Under the pieces are notes generated by a model, which did no database searches, was not told the origin of the DNA, and was given only the letters and a program-made list of their open reading frames with translations. Below are positions 12,976-25,439 of a stretch of DNA of 64,000 nucleotides, in pieces (positions within the stretch are counted from its first letter, which is position 1; every line of letters begins with the position of its first letter). The translations under genes and the position numbers were made by a program. The DNA comes from Cetorhinus maximus (Eukaryota). The DNA lies in assembly GCF_964194155.1 (NCBI RefSeq), contig NC_135887.1:14632001-14696000 (forward strand), given 5' to 3'.

Positions 12976-14242
12976 CCGCCAGGTAACTTGTTTACAAGTG
13001 GCCCTGCCTGCCCAGGCTCCGTTTTTTTTAAAAAAAAAAAGACCTTCTGAGGTTATGTACTTCACTTTAAAATTATTTGTTTAAAGCTGGCTGCTTGAAG
13101 TGATTACGATCAACTTCTGTTAACTCAAAGTCCCTTAATTCAAATCGCGTGTGTGTGTGTCTGTGTGTGTGAATAAAACCAAACAAGCTGAATAAAAAGG
13201 AACTCAATAAAAAGGAGGACAGATGAATAAACCAAACGCAAGGAGCAAAACAACACATTCCAAATTTATCAGGTCTGGCACCAATATACTTTGCAGGCAA
13301 GGAAGAAATTATGAGCGTATTTCGTGGACCTGTTTGCAAAGAACGCCAGATGGAAATCCTTGAGAATATTCATATTGCAAAGCACAATTTCAGAAGATTT
13401 GCAATCACAAATGTTCATTCATAAACCCATGCCTATTGGGATCTGTCATCGGTTTGCACCACGTAATTGTGTGACTCATCCTGGTTCATTCATTCTCCCT
13501 CCGGTACATTACCTACCACAAAATCCCACATAGGGTTAGGGAACTATGTCACAATTCAGTTCAAGGTTCTCGGCGTCCACACCCCCTCCCTATTTATAAT
13601 CTGGCCAAAGTTACGAGGATTGTTGCATACTAAATAAACTGTGCTATAATAGAAACGCTGCGTTAAATCGTGTGCAAATATACTTAATCAGGGCCATATT
13701 AAAAATTCTCTGCGAGAATATTTTAGCTGTGCAGGATTTCCACCAGAATTGATTAAGATGCAAATACATTTCACCCTCATCCTGAAAATGTTATTTTTAT
13801 ATCCTAAATCATGTGACTGAATTCAGTTGATCTCATCGTAGTTATTATAACGTCAATAGTTACATCATAAATAATATCCCCGAAATAGAAAGAGATATTA
13901 TGAAACAGAAATCTCGGTGGCGGGGTGGAATGGGTGGGTTTTTTTAAATGTGGGGAGGGAGGGGGGGGGGGGGGAGAAAGGCGGATTCTACAATTGAACA
14001 ACAGTTCTGGATGTGCCAGGACAAACCCAGGACTCTTGCTGACTCCCTGCACCCCCACCCCCCACCCCTCGCCAACTCTCTTGTCTCAGTGTTTCTATCG
14101 TTAAGACGCCACTCCCTCCCATACCTGCACCCGGCTCCACCCAAACAGAAACCTGTCAGGTAGAGAGATTGTGACATTCCTTTCCCAGAACCGAAACCCT
14201 TCGCCTGGCTCACTGCGAAAGAAAAAAAAAGAGAAAGGCCCT

Positions 14243-14335
14243 GCTGGAAATAAAAGAGAAGAGATGGGGAGGGCTGGAAATAAGGGAAGAGATGGGGAGG
14301 GCTGGAAATAAGGGAAGAGATGGGGAGGGCTGGAA
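14243..14335. repeat. 28-bp purine-rich tandem repeat, about 3.3 copies
   Basis: GCTGGAAATAAGGGAAGAGATGGGGAGG at 14243 (variant), 14273, 14301 and 14329 (partial). Confidence 0.95.
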
Positions 14336-14857
14336 CTTGCCAATTGCTCTTTGCACAGAAATGAAATATCTCCAACACAGGCGGATGAAGAGGCCAGCAT
14401 AGAACTCTTCCTGCCAGCAGCTACCTGCACCTTTTGTTTTTTATTTTTTTTTTGGAGACTTAGCTCTGTCCTGGGCTCTTACAGCTGGGGTCTGTCTGTG
14501 GGGAAAAAGCACCCCCCAACAGCCACCCCCCCCCCCCCCCACACACACACACACACACACAAGCCACCGAGAGCACAACATAACATCCAAGCGGCGTTTC
14601 TTCTAACACTGTGGAGCGGGACTAGGAGATGATGCTGTTTCAATGACCATAAAATATTCTGAAACCAAACCAGAGTGCAATGCAGTTACAATAAAAGGAA
14701 TATCACACTCAAGAACACCCATCGACACCACATGCAATGCAGAACAATAACAAGGTGATTGAAGTAATGTCCCTCCAGCAGGGAAGTGATTGTTAGCAGC
14801 AGCAGCTGCTGTTTGAAACCTCCTGTAACACAATCATGTCAGCCCCTTTCCAGTTAC

Positions 14858-14932
14858 CTCTCTCTTGACGTTCCACAGCAGCTTCTGCTTTGCCTCTTCC
14901 TCCGAGCAGCCCGGGGATTTGGAGCTTGACAT
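14858..14932 (-). CDS. SGSM2: SGSM2 (RUN and TBC1 domain protein) first coding exon, 25 codons; rest of gene lies left of the window
   Basis: ATG at 14932 gives MSSSKSPGCSEEEAKQKLLWNVKRE, then a phase-0 donor GAG|GTAACT. This matches the recalled human SGSM2 N-terminus (…KEKLLWNVKKE|VKQIMEE); SGSM1 has LLRTVKKE. Lies in a CpG-rich segment. Confidence 0.88.
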
Positions 14933-15140
14933 TTCGGCGGTCGCTGAGAACAGAAACTGCAATAAATAGAGGAGAGCAGGAGGGAGGGTGAGAGGCCGGT
15001 CCCGGGCTGCCTGCACTGTCTGCACCGACACTGTCTGCTCCTCCTGCAGCCTCGAGCCCGCGCCGCCGCCGCCCAGAGCGCGAGACCCGAGCGCGGCTGA
15101 CGTCACCGGGAAGAGAGGTACCGCTCGCGCGCTCACCTGG
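14933..15140 (-). promoter_or_regulatory. SGSM2 5' UTR / CpG-island promoter with a full CRE site
   Basis: CpG-dense; perfect TGACGTCA at 15098-15105 next to an ETS-like CCGGGAAG; GCC repeats; directly upstream of the ATG. Confidence 0.65.
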
Positions 15141-15144
15141 ACAA

Positions 15145-16580
15145 GGGACTCCCACCCCCACCCAGACAGACAGGCAGGGATCCCCCCCCCATTCAGACAG
15201 ACAGACAGGGATTCACCCCCACCCAGACAGACAGGCAGGGATTCCCCCATCCAGTCAGACAGACAGGGATTCCCCGCACCCAGACAGGGATTCCCCCACA
15301 CAGACAGGGATTCTCCCACCCAGTCAGACAGACAGGGATTCCCCCACGCAGACAAACAAGACAGGGATTCCCCCCACCCAGAGAGGGATTCCCCCATGCA
15401 GACAGGGATTCCGCCACCCAGACAGAAGACAGATAGGAATTTCCCCCACCCAGACAGACAGGGATTCCCCCACCCAGACAGTAATGGATTCCCCCCACCC
15501 AGATAGACAGACAGGAATTTCCCCCACCCAGACAGGGGTTGCCCTTACCCACCCAGACAGATAGGGATCCGTCCCCCCTCCCTGCTACCAACAGACAGAT
15601 TTCCCCCACCCAGATAGACAGACAGGGATTTCCCCCCTCCCGCCCACCCAAGCAGACAGACTGAGATTCCCGCATCCAGACACACAGACAGACAGGGATT
15701 CCCCCCACCCAGACAGGGATTTCCCCCATCCAGACAGATGGATTCCCCCACCCAGTCAGACAGACAGGGATTCCCCCATGCAGACAAACAGACAGGGGAT
15801 TTCCCCTCACCCAGACACAGACAAGGATTCCCCCCACCCAGACAGACAGTAAGGGATTCTCCCCACCCAGTCAGACAGTAAGGGATTCCCCCCATCCAGA
15901 TAGACAGACAGGAATTTCCCCCACCCAAACAGGGGTTGCCCTTACCCACCCAGACAGATAGGGATCTCTCCCCCCTCCCTGCCACCAACAGACAGATTCC
16001 CTCACCCAGATAGACAGACAGGGATTTCCCCCCTCCCGCCCACCCAGGCAGACAGACTGGGAAAACCCTATGCAGACTGAGACGGATTTTCCCCACTCAG
16101 AAAGGGACGGGGATTCCTGCCCCCGTCCCCAGACTGACTTTCCTGCATCCAGACAGACAGAAAGATAGGGATTCCCCCACCCAGACAGACGAACAGACAG
16201 GGATACACCCACACACACCCAGACAGACAGGAAACTCCCCTCCCCCCCCCCCCCAATCCAGATGGACAGACAGGAATTCCCCCCTCCCCAGACAGACAAA
16301 CAGACTGGAATTTCCCCCCTCCCCAGGCAGACAGGAATTCCCCCCTCCCCAACAGACAGACAGAGGGACAGGGACAGGGATTCCCCCTGCCTCCCCTCCC
16401 CCCCCACCCCTATACAGTCAGACAGAACTCCCCCCCCCCCATGACAGACAGGGATTCCTTCCAGAAAAATGGATGGGTGGGGGGGTACATACAGACAGAC
16501 AGGGATTGCCCCCCGACAGACAGGGATTCTCCCAGATAGTGATTCTCCCAGACAGACAGACAGGGGTATTTCCCCCAGAC
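15145..16580. repeat. Degenerate minisatellite (CAGA)n-GGGATT-Cn-ACC with higher-order duplication
   Basis: Dozens of 20-30-bp units; the block starting at 15500 recurs at 15897 (period about 397 bp). Confidence 0.95.
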
Positions 16581-18401
16581 TGTTAGAGACAGGGCATGAT
16601 TCCCCAGTGAGTTAGAGAAGGTTGGATTCCCAGTGAGAGGGAGGTCAGAGACAGAAAGTGGTGATGAGGAGGTTTTTTAGAGGGAGAAAGAGCAGATTCC
16701 TCAAGAGAGAGAAAGAGGAAAGGACTTACAGGGAGAGCAAGAAAAAGAGATGCAAAAACACAGAAGAAGCGACTCTCAGAGGTGTCAACAAATGGCAGGG
16801 ACCTGGAAAGAGATTCCGCAGAGAGAGGTAAAAACCCTTAGAGAGGACCATCAGAAATCACAGATAAAGCGGGCCCTCTGAAAAATAAGCGTGAGAACCC
16901 TCACAGATCCCAGATAGTGACCCTTTGAGATACCCCAGGGAGAGGATATCCTTTGTGAGACCTCCAGCAGAAAGGGGAGATCCTATGGGAGAGAGGCAGA
17001 ACCCTAAAGGGGGCATCCTTTGTGAGATAGAGGGGGAGCTTTCCCAGAGGCTCTGACCAATGACCCCGGAAGAGAAATCATTGACCCCCCCCCCCCCTCC
17101 TCAGAAAGAGACAGGTGAGCCCCCGAAAGTATTCATATTTAGAGAAAGGAATCAAGAGCCCGCTCAGCCTTGGAATGATGTAGAGGCCTCCAAAAAAAAG
17201 GTAATTTAAAAGAATCTGTCAGTGATGGTTATAAACAGATCCTGATAATCTGCCAGAATTGAGTGATGATAGAGAGACAAGAGGCTCCTGTGACTCTGGT
17301 GACCCCCCCTTCTCTCTGTTTGAAGTATTTCACATCCTTCTCTGGGAGTCTCAGAACATTGCTGTCTCCATGACTCCCTCTGAGAATTCCACCCAATCTC
17401 TCACTGGAGTCTCTCAGTGAGTTTCTCTGGGGTATTTCAGGAGAATGCTGTCTCTATGAGTGGCAAAGGAAGTGGTTTGCGCTTCAGGGGAAGCCGAGCT
17501 TTCAGAAAGCAGGTCTGACAATTCAGGGATGTGGAAGGCGAGAGGAAACAGTGAAGCCAAGAATGTCGAAAGAGGTCTAAGGATCAAGGCAACGAGTGGC
17601 AGTTGTTGCTTAAACTTGCAGGAGACAGGGAACTGTTTCGGGAATTGGATGACAGCTTGACACATCTCTCAAAATCGAAGAATCAGAATAGTAAAATATG
17701 GGAGACTGGTCTACTGAAGCAGCCGAGAGATCACAAAAAGACATCATAAAGTGTGGTGACGCCCAGGCAGGTGAGATATTTCAGCAAGAACAGGATCCCG
17801 GGGTCAAGGGTGAGAAAGAAGTGATAGGATCCCAGAACTGAAAAGAACCAGAAAGACAGGACCTTGGAAGCTGAGACTGTTCAAAAGGCAGAGGGAACCC
17901 CCCCGCCAAGATCGAAAGGCCACCCAAAGGCACGGAGACGGAGACGGCCCAGCGCTGAGACGACCAATGAGCCAGCGCAGAGGAAGAGCAAAAATAGGTC
18001 ACACAAAAGCAGCACAGACCCCTCTGAGACCCCCGAGCAGCAGCGCTGACAGCGACAGCGAGAGGCGGCCATTGGCGAGCGCGCCCGGACAGCAGCAGCT
18101 CTGACGCCCCTAGCAACAGGCAACAAATAGAAGGTTTGCGGAGAGAATCGCGCCAACACCCGCAAATCGCTCACAGCGAAGGTTTAAGTAGATAATTCAC
18201 CCTGGGCTGGGCTACGTTTCCTGAGGGCTTCATTTATTCACATCAAGTGCAGCCGCGTGTACCCTTAATTCCGGATGAAGCTACAAACTTTATCTCCAGA
18301 TCAGGGACACCTTTCCTGACCGCCAGGTTGTCTTAAAAGAAAACAAAAACAGAATTACCTGGAAAAACTCAGCAGGTCTGGCAGCATCGGCGGAGAAGAA
18401 A

Positions 18402-18444
18402 TCAGTCTACGTTTCGAGCCTTCATGGCCCTTCGGCAGAACTGA
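18402..18444 (-). ncRNA. Hammerhead-variant motif in PLE 3' repeat
   Basis: TCAGTT-CTGCCGAA-GGGCC-ATGAA-GGCTC-GAAA-CGTA-GACTGA; same strand as the GIY-YIG ORF. Confidence 0.6.
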
Positions 18445-19591
18445 AGCATAGTTAGAAGAAGGGAGAAATATAAACTGGTTTGGTGGGGGGGGAGAAAGAC
18501 ACATTGAGGGTGTGGTGATTGTGGAGATGAGCAGATAATCAAAAGATGTCACGGACAAAAGGGTCAAAGAGGTGTCGAAGGTGGTGACATTTGTCTGAGA
18601 AAAGTGCTAATTAAGAATGGAAGACAGGATATTCAAAGTACAGCTCTAGTGGGGGTGGAGTGGAAAGACTAACAAGGTTTTAGTTTAGATTTAAAAATAA
18701 TGGAAATAGGTGGGGAAAGAAGAATCTATATAAATTATTGAAAAAAAAGGGGGGGGAAGAAACGGGGTGGGGATGGGGGGAGGGGGAGTTTAAGATCTAA
18801 AGTTGTTGAATTCAATATTCAGCCCAGAAGGCTGTAAAGTGCCTAGTCAGAAGATGAGGTGCTGTTCCTCCAGTTTGCGTTGGGCTTCACTGGAACAATG
18901 CAGCAAGCCAAGGACAGACATGTGGGCAAGAGAACAGGGTGGAGTGTTAAAATGGCAAGCGACAGGGAGGTTTGGGTCTTTCTTGCGGACAGACCGCAGG
19001 TGTTCCGCAAAACGGTCGCCCAGTTTGCGTTTGGTCTCTCCAATGTAGAGGAGACCGCATTGGGAGCAACGAATGCAGTAGACTAAGTTAGGGGAAATGC
19101 AAGTGAAATGCTGCTTCACTTGAAAGGAGTGTTTGGGCCCTTGGACGGTGAGGAGAGAGGAAGTGAAGGGGCAGGTGTTGCATCTTCTGCGTGGGCATGG
19201 GGAGGTGCCATAAGTGGGGGTTGAGGAGTAGGGGGTGATGGAGGAGTGGACCAGGGTGTCCCGGAGGGAACGATCCCTACGGAATGCCGTCAGGGGGGGT
19301 GAAGGGAAGATGTGTTTGGTGGTGGCATCATGCTGGAGTTGGCGGAAATGGCGGAGGATGATCCTTTGAATGCGGAGGCTGGTGGGGTGATAAGTGAGGA
19401 CAAGGGGGACCCTATCATGTTTCTGGGAAGGAGGAGAAGGCGTCAGGGAGGATGCGCGGGATATGGGCCGGACACGGTTGAGGGCCCTGTCAACGACCGT
19501 GGATGGAAAACCTCAGTTAAGGAAGAAGGAGGACATGTCAGAGGAGCTGTTTTTGAAGAAATTTATATTTCTCCCTTCTTCTAACTATGCT

Positions 19592-19634
19592 TCAGTTCTG
19601 CCAAAGGGCCATGAAGGCTCGAAACGTTAACTGA
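19592..19634 (+). ncRNA. Hammerhead-variant motif in the inverted PLE repeat
   Basis: TCAGTT-CTGCCAAA-GGGCC-ATGAA-GGCTC-GAAA-CGTT-AACTGA; one core G>A change relative to the sibling copies. Confidence 0.5.
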
Positions 19635-21009
19635 TTTCTTCTCCGCCGATGCTGCCAGACCTGCTGAGTTTTTCCAGGTAATTCTGTTTTTGTTTTGGAT
19701 TTCCAGCGTCCGCAGTAGCTTTTTGTTTTTATGTTTTTGTCTTAAAAGAAACACTTACAAACGATGACCATCAGCAACTGCTCCCCTAACCCAGAACATG
19801 GCAACTACTCCCCCACTTTTCAAACCAACTCCACTATCAGATGAGCCAGACCCTCAGGTTCTGAAGCCCCAGCCAAAGTTTACCTCTGGAGCCTGGGGGT
19901 GGGGGTTGTGTAGCGCCATGCCAGCGAATCCAAAGCCCCCAGTGATATGGCGGGAAGTCCCTGACAGGCCAGCTCGGCATTGCAATTGCTGAGTGAGGTG
20001 GCAGCGGGTCGGCATGGTTTGGTCAGCGCCTTGCGGAGATGTGTTATAAACAGGAGTTATCACCGGTTACCTCAATGCCCGAACGGTTGAGAAAATTGGG
20101 AGTTCACTGGAGGCTGTTTGGCCCCGTCACAGTTGACACGAGGCGTTGGCTGTTGTCAGGCGGCTAAACCTAGCGTGAGCTCAGAGATGAGGAGGTGGCA
20201 GGAGGGGGACAAGACAGACGGCACGGTTTACAGCTGAAGGAAGGAATTCAGCTATGAGGTGTACTTTTACAAATCCACGCTCCCATTTCTCACCCTCGCG
20301 TCTAAATGGTCCGATGGCCCATCTCTGCAAACCATCCTCTTCCCCGCTTTTGAGTTTCTGCCCATTCCGCCTTTCTTTTGCCCCATTCTCTGGAATTCCG
20401 CAAACACATTTGCAGCAGCCCCGCCAATTCCCCTCTCCCCCCTCTCCTACCTTCTCCGCTTTTAAGATGTACTTAAAATTCACCTCTCCGATCAAGTTCT
20501 TGGTGGCCCTTCCTAATATCTGCAGGCCCCCTCCATTTTGCTGAGGTCTCTGCAAAGCTGTTACCCTAGTGCAGTTACTTCTACAGAGACCACCATCTCC
20601 AAATGCTTCTCACCCTGTGAATTATTCCTAAAGTGCTGAGCGTGCTGTTACAGAGCAAAAAGCGACAGCAAAAGATAGCCCCCATTTAAGCAAAAACATT
20701 GGATGAGAATTCCTCTGATCTCTCTGTTCAGCAGCGTTGCTTTTGTGAGGATTTCCCTTGTTCCATGTTTGAGGTAAAATCGTCCAACTATTACAAACTC
20801 TCTGGAACTAAGGACCGGAGAAAATACATGTCTGGCAATGTTCAGCCACAAGAGGTCATATTTTCCATATTGCTAACAGAGCGACCCAGTGAAACATATT
20901 TACCATGTTGTCTGCACTTGGGAAAAGTATGTTCAGGATGTTCAACCCATATAAAGACCAAAGGAGATAAGTTAGAAATATGCTACAGAGCACGATCCCC
21001 AGTGGGAAC

Positions 21010-21165
21010 CTAAAATAAAAGCTGGAGATCCAAAATAAATAAACCCAGAAAGTGCTGGAAAAACTCTTGCAGCAACTGTGGAGAGAGAAACGGAGTTAAC
21101 GTTTCCAGTCCAATATGACTCCTTCGGAACCTGCTGAGTTTTTCCAGCACTTTCTGTTTTTAATC
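21010..21165. mobile_element. PLE terminal-repeat fragment
   Basis: GCTGGAAAAACTC…GAGTTAACGTTTCCAGTCC…CTGCTGAGTTTTTCCAGC. Confidence 0.75.
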
Positions 21166-21329
21166 CCAACGGGAAACTTCCTTTCAGCGACGTCCCCCCA
21201 CCCCATACCTGATGATCAGCTATTTTAGGGGGCTTGAAATGGGAAGGTTTATCAGGCTAGACCACTGCAGGTCAGTGGCAACTCACTAAGCTGTACCTTA
21301 GACATCTAAACATTTAGCTTTCCGAAAAT

Positions 21330-22345
21330 ATAAAGGCCAGAATCAAGACATAGGGGATTTTGGGCTTTATATATTGAGGCATAAAGCACAAAATCAAGGA
21401 TGTGATGATTTTTTTTCTTTATCCTTTCATGGGATGTGGGCATCACTGACAAGGCCAGCCTTTGAATCCCATCCCTAATTGCCCACTAGGTCATTTCAGA
21501 GGGCAGTTAAGAGTCAACCACGTTGCTGTAGGAGTCACTTACAGGCCAGACCAGGTGAGGGCGGCAGATTTCCTTCCCTAAAGGACACTAGTGAACCAGA
21601 TGGGTTTCTACGACAATCCAGGATAGTTCTTATGGTCACCATTACTGAGACTAACTTCATAATACCAAATTTAATAATTGAATTCAAATTTCTCCAGCTG
21701 CCATGGTAGGATTTGAACCCGTGCCTCCTGAACATTAGCCTGGGCCTCGGATTTACTAGATAAGTAATATTAGCGCTATGTCACTCTGACGACCCTTTGT
21801 TAAACCCTGGTTCAGCCTAAACTGGAGTATTATGTCCAATTTGAGGCACCACACTTTGGGAAAGATGTAAAGGCTCTTGAGAGGCTGCAAAAAAAGATTT
21901 ATGAGAATGGTTCCCGGGATGAGGGACTTCAGTTATGTAGATAAATTGGAGAAGCTAGAGTTGCTCTCCTTAGACAAGAGAAGGTTAAGAGATTTGGTCC
22001 AGGAGCTCAAAATCATGAGTGATCTGGACAGAGTAGGTTGGTAAGAGGGTGGAGAACTATAGGACACAGGTTTAAAGTGATTAGCACAAGAATCAAAGGC
22101 CTCATAAGGGAAAAGCTTTTTTTTTACCCAGTGAAAGATTAGGATCTGAAATGCATTGTGGTGGAGGCAAATTCAATCGAGTCTTTCAAAAGGGACATGG
22201 ATAATAACCCGAGGAGAAAAAAAAAATGCAGGGCTAAAGGTGAAAGGCAGGGGAGTGGGACTAGCCAAATTGTTCTGGTGGAGAGCCCGCCCAGGTTCGA
22301 CAGGCCGAATGGCCTCCTTCAGTGCTGTTGCCTTCTCTGATTCTC
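21330..22345 (+). mobile_element. CR1 3' fragment
   Basis: Decayed LVQPKLEYYVQF / KRFMRMVPG; tail GAATGGCCTCCTTCAGTGCTG. Confidence 0.8.
21410..21790 (-). mobile_element. Second copy of the same SINE family, inserted in a CR1
   Basis: Alignable by eye to 5905-6305. Confidence 0.75.
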
Positions 22346-22543
22346 TGAAAAGGCGGCAAGTTAACACTGCCCGATTTTCACGTGTGGAAAGACTCGCGTG
22401 GCTTAGGTTGGAGGGTTTCTGAGGCAGCAAGTTGGGTAAATAGTTTAAGAAGTACTATGTAGGAGCCTGGGCAAGTCTATGTGCCTTCTCCTTCCTTGCC
22501 GTTCACCAAAACAAATTGGGTTAGGCTGCCCTAATGACTAATA

Positions 22544-22645
22544 AGTTCTGTTGAAGGGTCATTCGGACTGGAAACGTTAACTGTGTTCCTCTCCGCAGAT
22601 GCTGCCAGACCTGCTGAGTTTTTTCAGGTATTTTTGATTTTTGCC
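22544..22645 (+). mobile_element. PLE terminal-repeat fragment
   Basis: Hammerhead-like core followed by GATGCTGCCAGACCTGCTGAGTTTTT. Confidence 0.78.
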
Positions 22646-23059
22646 CTAATGACTCTTCATGTGGCCCCGTTTGTCTGATAAGACTCCCGTGAAGCTTCTT
22701 GGGATGTTTTATGACGCGAAAGGCGCTATGTAAATACAAATTTTTGTTGTTGGAAAGCACAAACAAACCCAGCTGCTGGAAATCGGAAACAAACCCAGAA
22801 ACTGCTGGGAGAGGCTGAGCAGAAGGGAGAGAGAGAGAGAGAGACAGCAGATGTGGAGAGGAAGAGAGGGGGCTGGACACTTAATCAAAAGTAGACTTGG
22901 CTGTGTGACCTTTTTTGAGTGTTGTCATTATATTAGAGCCCGTTAATTCTGAGAACCCGAATGATACAATTGCTAAACGAGTCGGTGTCCCGGGGCCACC
23001 TGGCTGTGAATCTGTCCGAGTTTCCTTCGTCGGTTTTAGAGAGACCCAAGAGCACGTGA

Positions 23060-23102
23060 AGAGCTCTGAAGAAGAGTCATACGGACTTGAAACGTTAGCT
23101 CT
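23060..23102 (+). ncRNA. Minimal type I hammerhead-ribozyme-like motif
   Basis: AGAGCT-CTGAAGA-A-GAGTC-ATACG-GACTT-GAAA-CGTT-AGCTCT: 6-bp stem I, CUGANGA core, 5-bp stem II, GAAA, palindromic stem III. Confidence 0.75.
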
Positions 23103-23192
23103 GTCTTTCCACAGATGCTGTTGGACCTGCTGAGTTTTTCCAGCATTTTCTGTTTTTGTTTCAGATTTCCAGCATCTGCAGTATTTTGCCTT
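23060..23192 (+). mobile_element. PLE terminal-repeat fragment
   Basis: Same repeat as 54078-54146 plus 55764-55820. Confidence 0.82.
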
Positions 23193-24169
23193 TAGCCTGT
23201 GGTAAGTGTTCAGCATGTGCCCCACTTCCATTCGCACCGATCAATTTATCTGGCAGGTCACACGTTCGCGAAGCAGCAGCTGCTTTTGTAAAGGGCGCTG
23301 GTGCATAATGATTCATCAGCGTGATCCAGTTGTTGACTGTTGTGGCTTTAACACATTCTATTTCCAGTTAGAGCAGTGCAAAAATAAAAGCAACTAACGT
23401 CAAGTGGTCTCATTTAGGAAAAATAAAGATGCCCAGCTCAAAGTAATAATTCCTATGTTTTTTTTCCACGCCGAATGGCGCTGAGGCTCCAGCCCTGCCA
23501 TCACCTCGAGTGCAACATGTGGAGGAAAGTCAGATATAGAGAATGAAACAGTCATTTCTGTATGGATCGTTTATTTCACATTTTGCTTAAAAACGTACCC
23601 TTGCACTCGCACAGTCATCACCATGTGCCTGTTGCCTTTGGGCTGTGGTGGTAATTGTTTATAAAGTGGGAGATGGACAAGTAAACTGCATTTCAAACTG
23701 CCCATGTTTTGATGAGGGGGAGAAATTGGCACAGAGATCCAGTACTTTTCCCACTTCAATGGCCCCTCTCATCCTCTTCAGAAAAAGATTACATATGTGG
23801 CAAGTTCACTGCAGTGAAGGGACCGGGCTCCTCAAAGGTCTTTGGTTGACATGGCTGATCGTTGGCATGTTGTATATCCAGATTAAAGTCAACCCTCCAA
23901 AGCACCATATCATTTGTCAATTATTCCCCATTACATTTAATTCATGGTCCAAAGACAACATAATGTCTGGGAGCCAAGTCGGACCCGCTCCCAAATTATT
24001 GTTTTTACAGTTTTCTTGGCACAGCTTCAAGCTGTTAATGCCTGCAGTTTCTTGCAGCAGCTGCTGGTGATGCCAGGCAGATGGCATCCAAGCAACTTTC
24101 AACACAGTGACTGTAAAACGCAGGAGATCGCAATGGAGAACGATAATTACAAACTAGCATGGTAATGGA

Positions 24170-25010
24170 TGGGAGCCCTGGATGAAGTCCAGAGGGAGGT
24201 CACCAGAATGATACCTACAACCATAGGACCATAGAAAAGTTACTGTGCAGAAAGAGGCCATTCAGCCCATTGTGTCTGCATCGGCCAATAAGAGAAAAAA
24301 GAAACTAGCCATTCATTTTAATCCCACTTTCCAGTACCTGGTCTGTAGCCTTGCAGGTTACAGTGCTTCAGATGCAGATCCAGGTACCTTTTAAATGAGT
24401 TGAGCGTTTCAGCCTCAACCACCAACTTAGGCAGTGAATTCCAGTATTGGAGAAATGTGGACTTCAAACTGAGATCATTGATGTTTGTTGAAATGAGGGT
24501 GTAAGTACATTGTTTTTGAACTCAACAGCCAATGGAGAATTAGTGGTGAAGCCAGGCAGATGTAGAATAACATATTGAAAAATTAGGTTAAAAGCCAAGG
24601 AGTGTTTTGTTTTACAGCGAATCCGCAAACTGTGGGATAGACCGTCAAAACACGCACTAAGTATGGATCGCACACAACTCTTCAATAGGGAGCTGGACAA
24701 GTTCCTCAAGAACATCTAAGTTCTTGAGAGTAGGGAGGTGTAGCTGTAATTATTGATATGAATTATTACAATCTCCTGGAGTTTGGTATGATTGTCTTTG
24801 AGGATCTAAGAGGAATTTCTCAGTCTTTTTCTAAATTGGCCATTTTCTGTCTCTCATTTTGCCTCTTCTAAGTGCTTGCGTGATAGAGTTTGTGAGGTGG
24901 GCTGGTGAATTGATAGCACATGTAGAAACAACCTTGTCTGGATGTGACAGGCTGGTTAGATCATGAATGGACTGAGTGGCCTTTTCCTGTCCTTTCTTTG
25001 TATGTTTGTA
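24170..25010. mobile_element. CR1 3' fragments: minus copy 24225-24445 inside an older plus copy
   Basis: GTCCAGAGGGAGGTCACCAGAATGATACC; CATAG…GAGGCCATTC reversed tail. Confidence 0.6.
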
Positions 25011-25439
25011 TGCATTTGGGAAGGTCAGTTGACATCTAATATACCAGTTAAAGTTCGTATTTCGTGTCAGTGAAGAGTAGTTTTGGCTTTCCCTAGGCAT
25101 AATATGTGATGCAATTCCCACATAAAACTCTTCAAATTGCAGTTAATTAAATGGTGTGAGAGTCAATAATCAATATGAGAGATAATCAACATGAAGCAAG
25201 AACAAAAAGACACTTTTATATTATAAAACGGCAGCCAACAGCACTTAAATCAACATCAGTTCCTTCCCCATGAACAAGAAAATTAATAAATGAGGTCTCA
25301 GTCCGTGTTAGTCGGACATCTTCCTTTGGCTTTGGTCTGTATTCGCAGTGGATTTGGACAAGGCAAGCACTGGGCCTATGGTTTCCTGCCTGCCAATCCC
25401 TTTCAGCAGACTTCCAGTGTGCAGGTTATCAATGAAATG

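Larger units (their letters stand above)
18343..19736 (-). mobile_element. 5'-truncated Penelope-like retroelement with GIY-YIG endonuclease and inverted terminal repeat
   Basis: ORF 18847-19119: LVYCIRCSQCGLLYIGETKRKLGDRFAEH (GIY-YIG). 19561-19695 is the inverted copy of 18343-18474. 15-bp TSD TTGTCTTAAAAGAAA at 18328-18342 and 19737-19751. Confidence 0.93.

Noticed and set aside
14834-16444. Many long overlapping ORFs (up to 214 aa, GNPCLS/GIPVC repeats)
   Set aside because: They are translations of the minisatellite, open in several frames on both strands because the unit rarely contains stop codons.
18847-19119. GIY-YIG ORF as a host or bacterial nuclease gene (UvrC/SLX1-like)
   Set aside because: It is truncated, present in three decayed copies, and bounded by inverted repeats and TSDs, as expected for Penelope elements.
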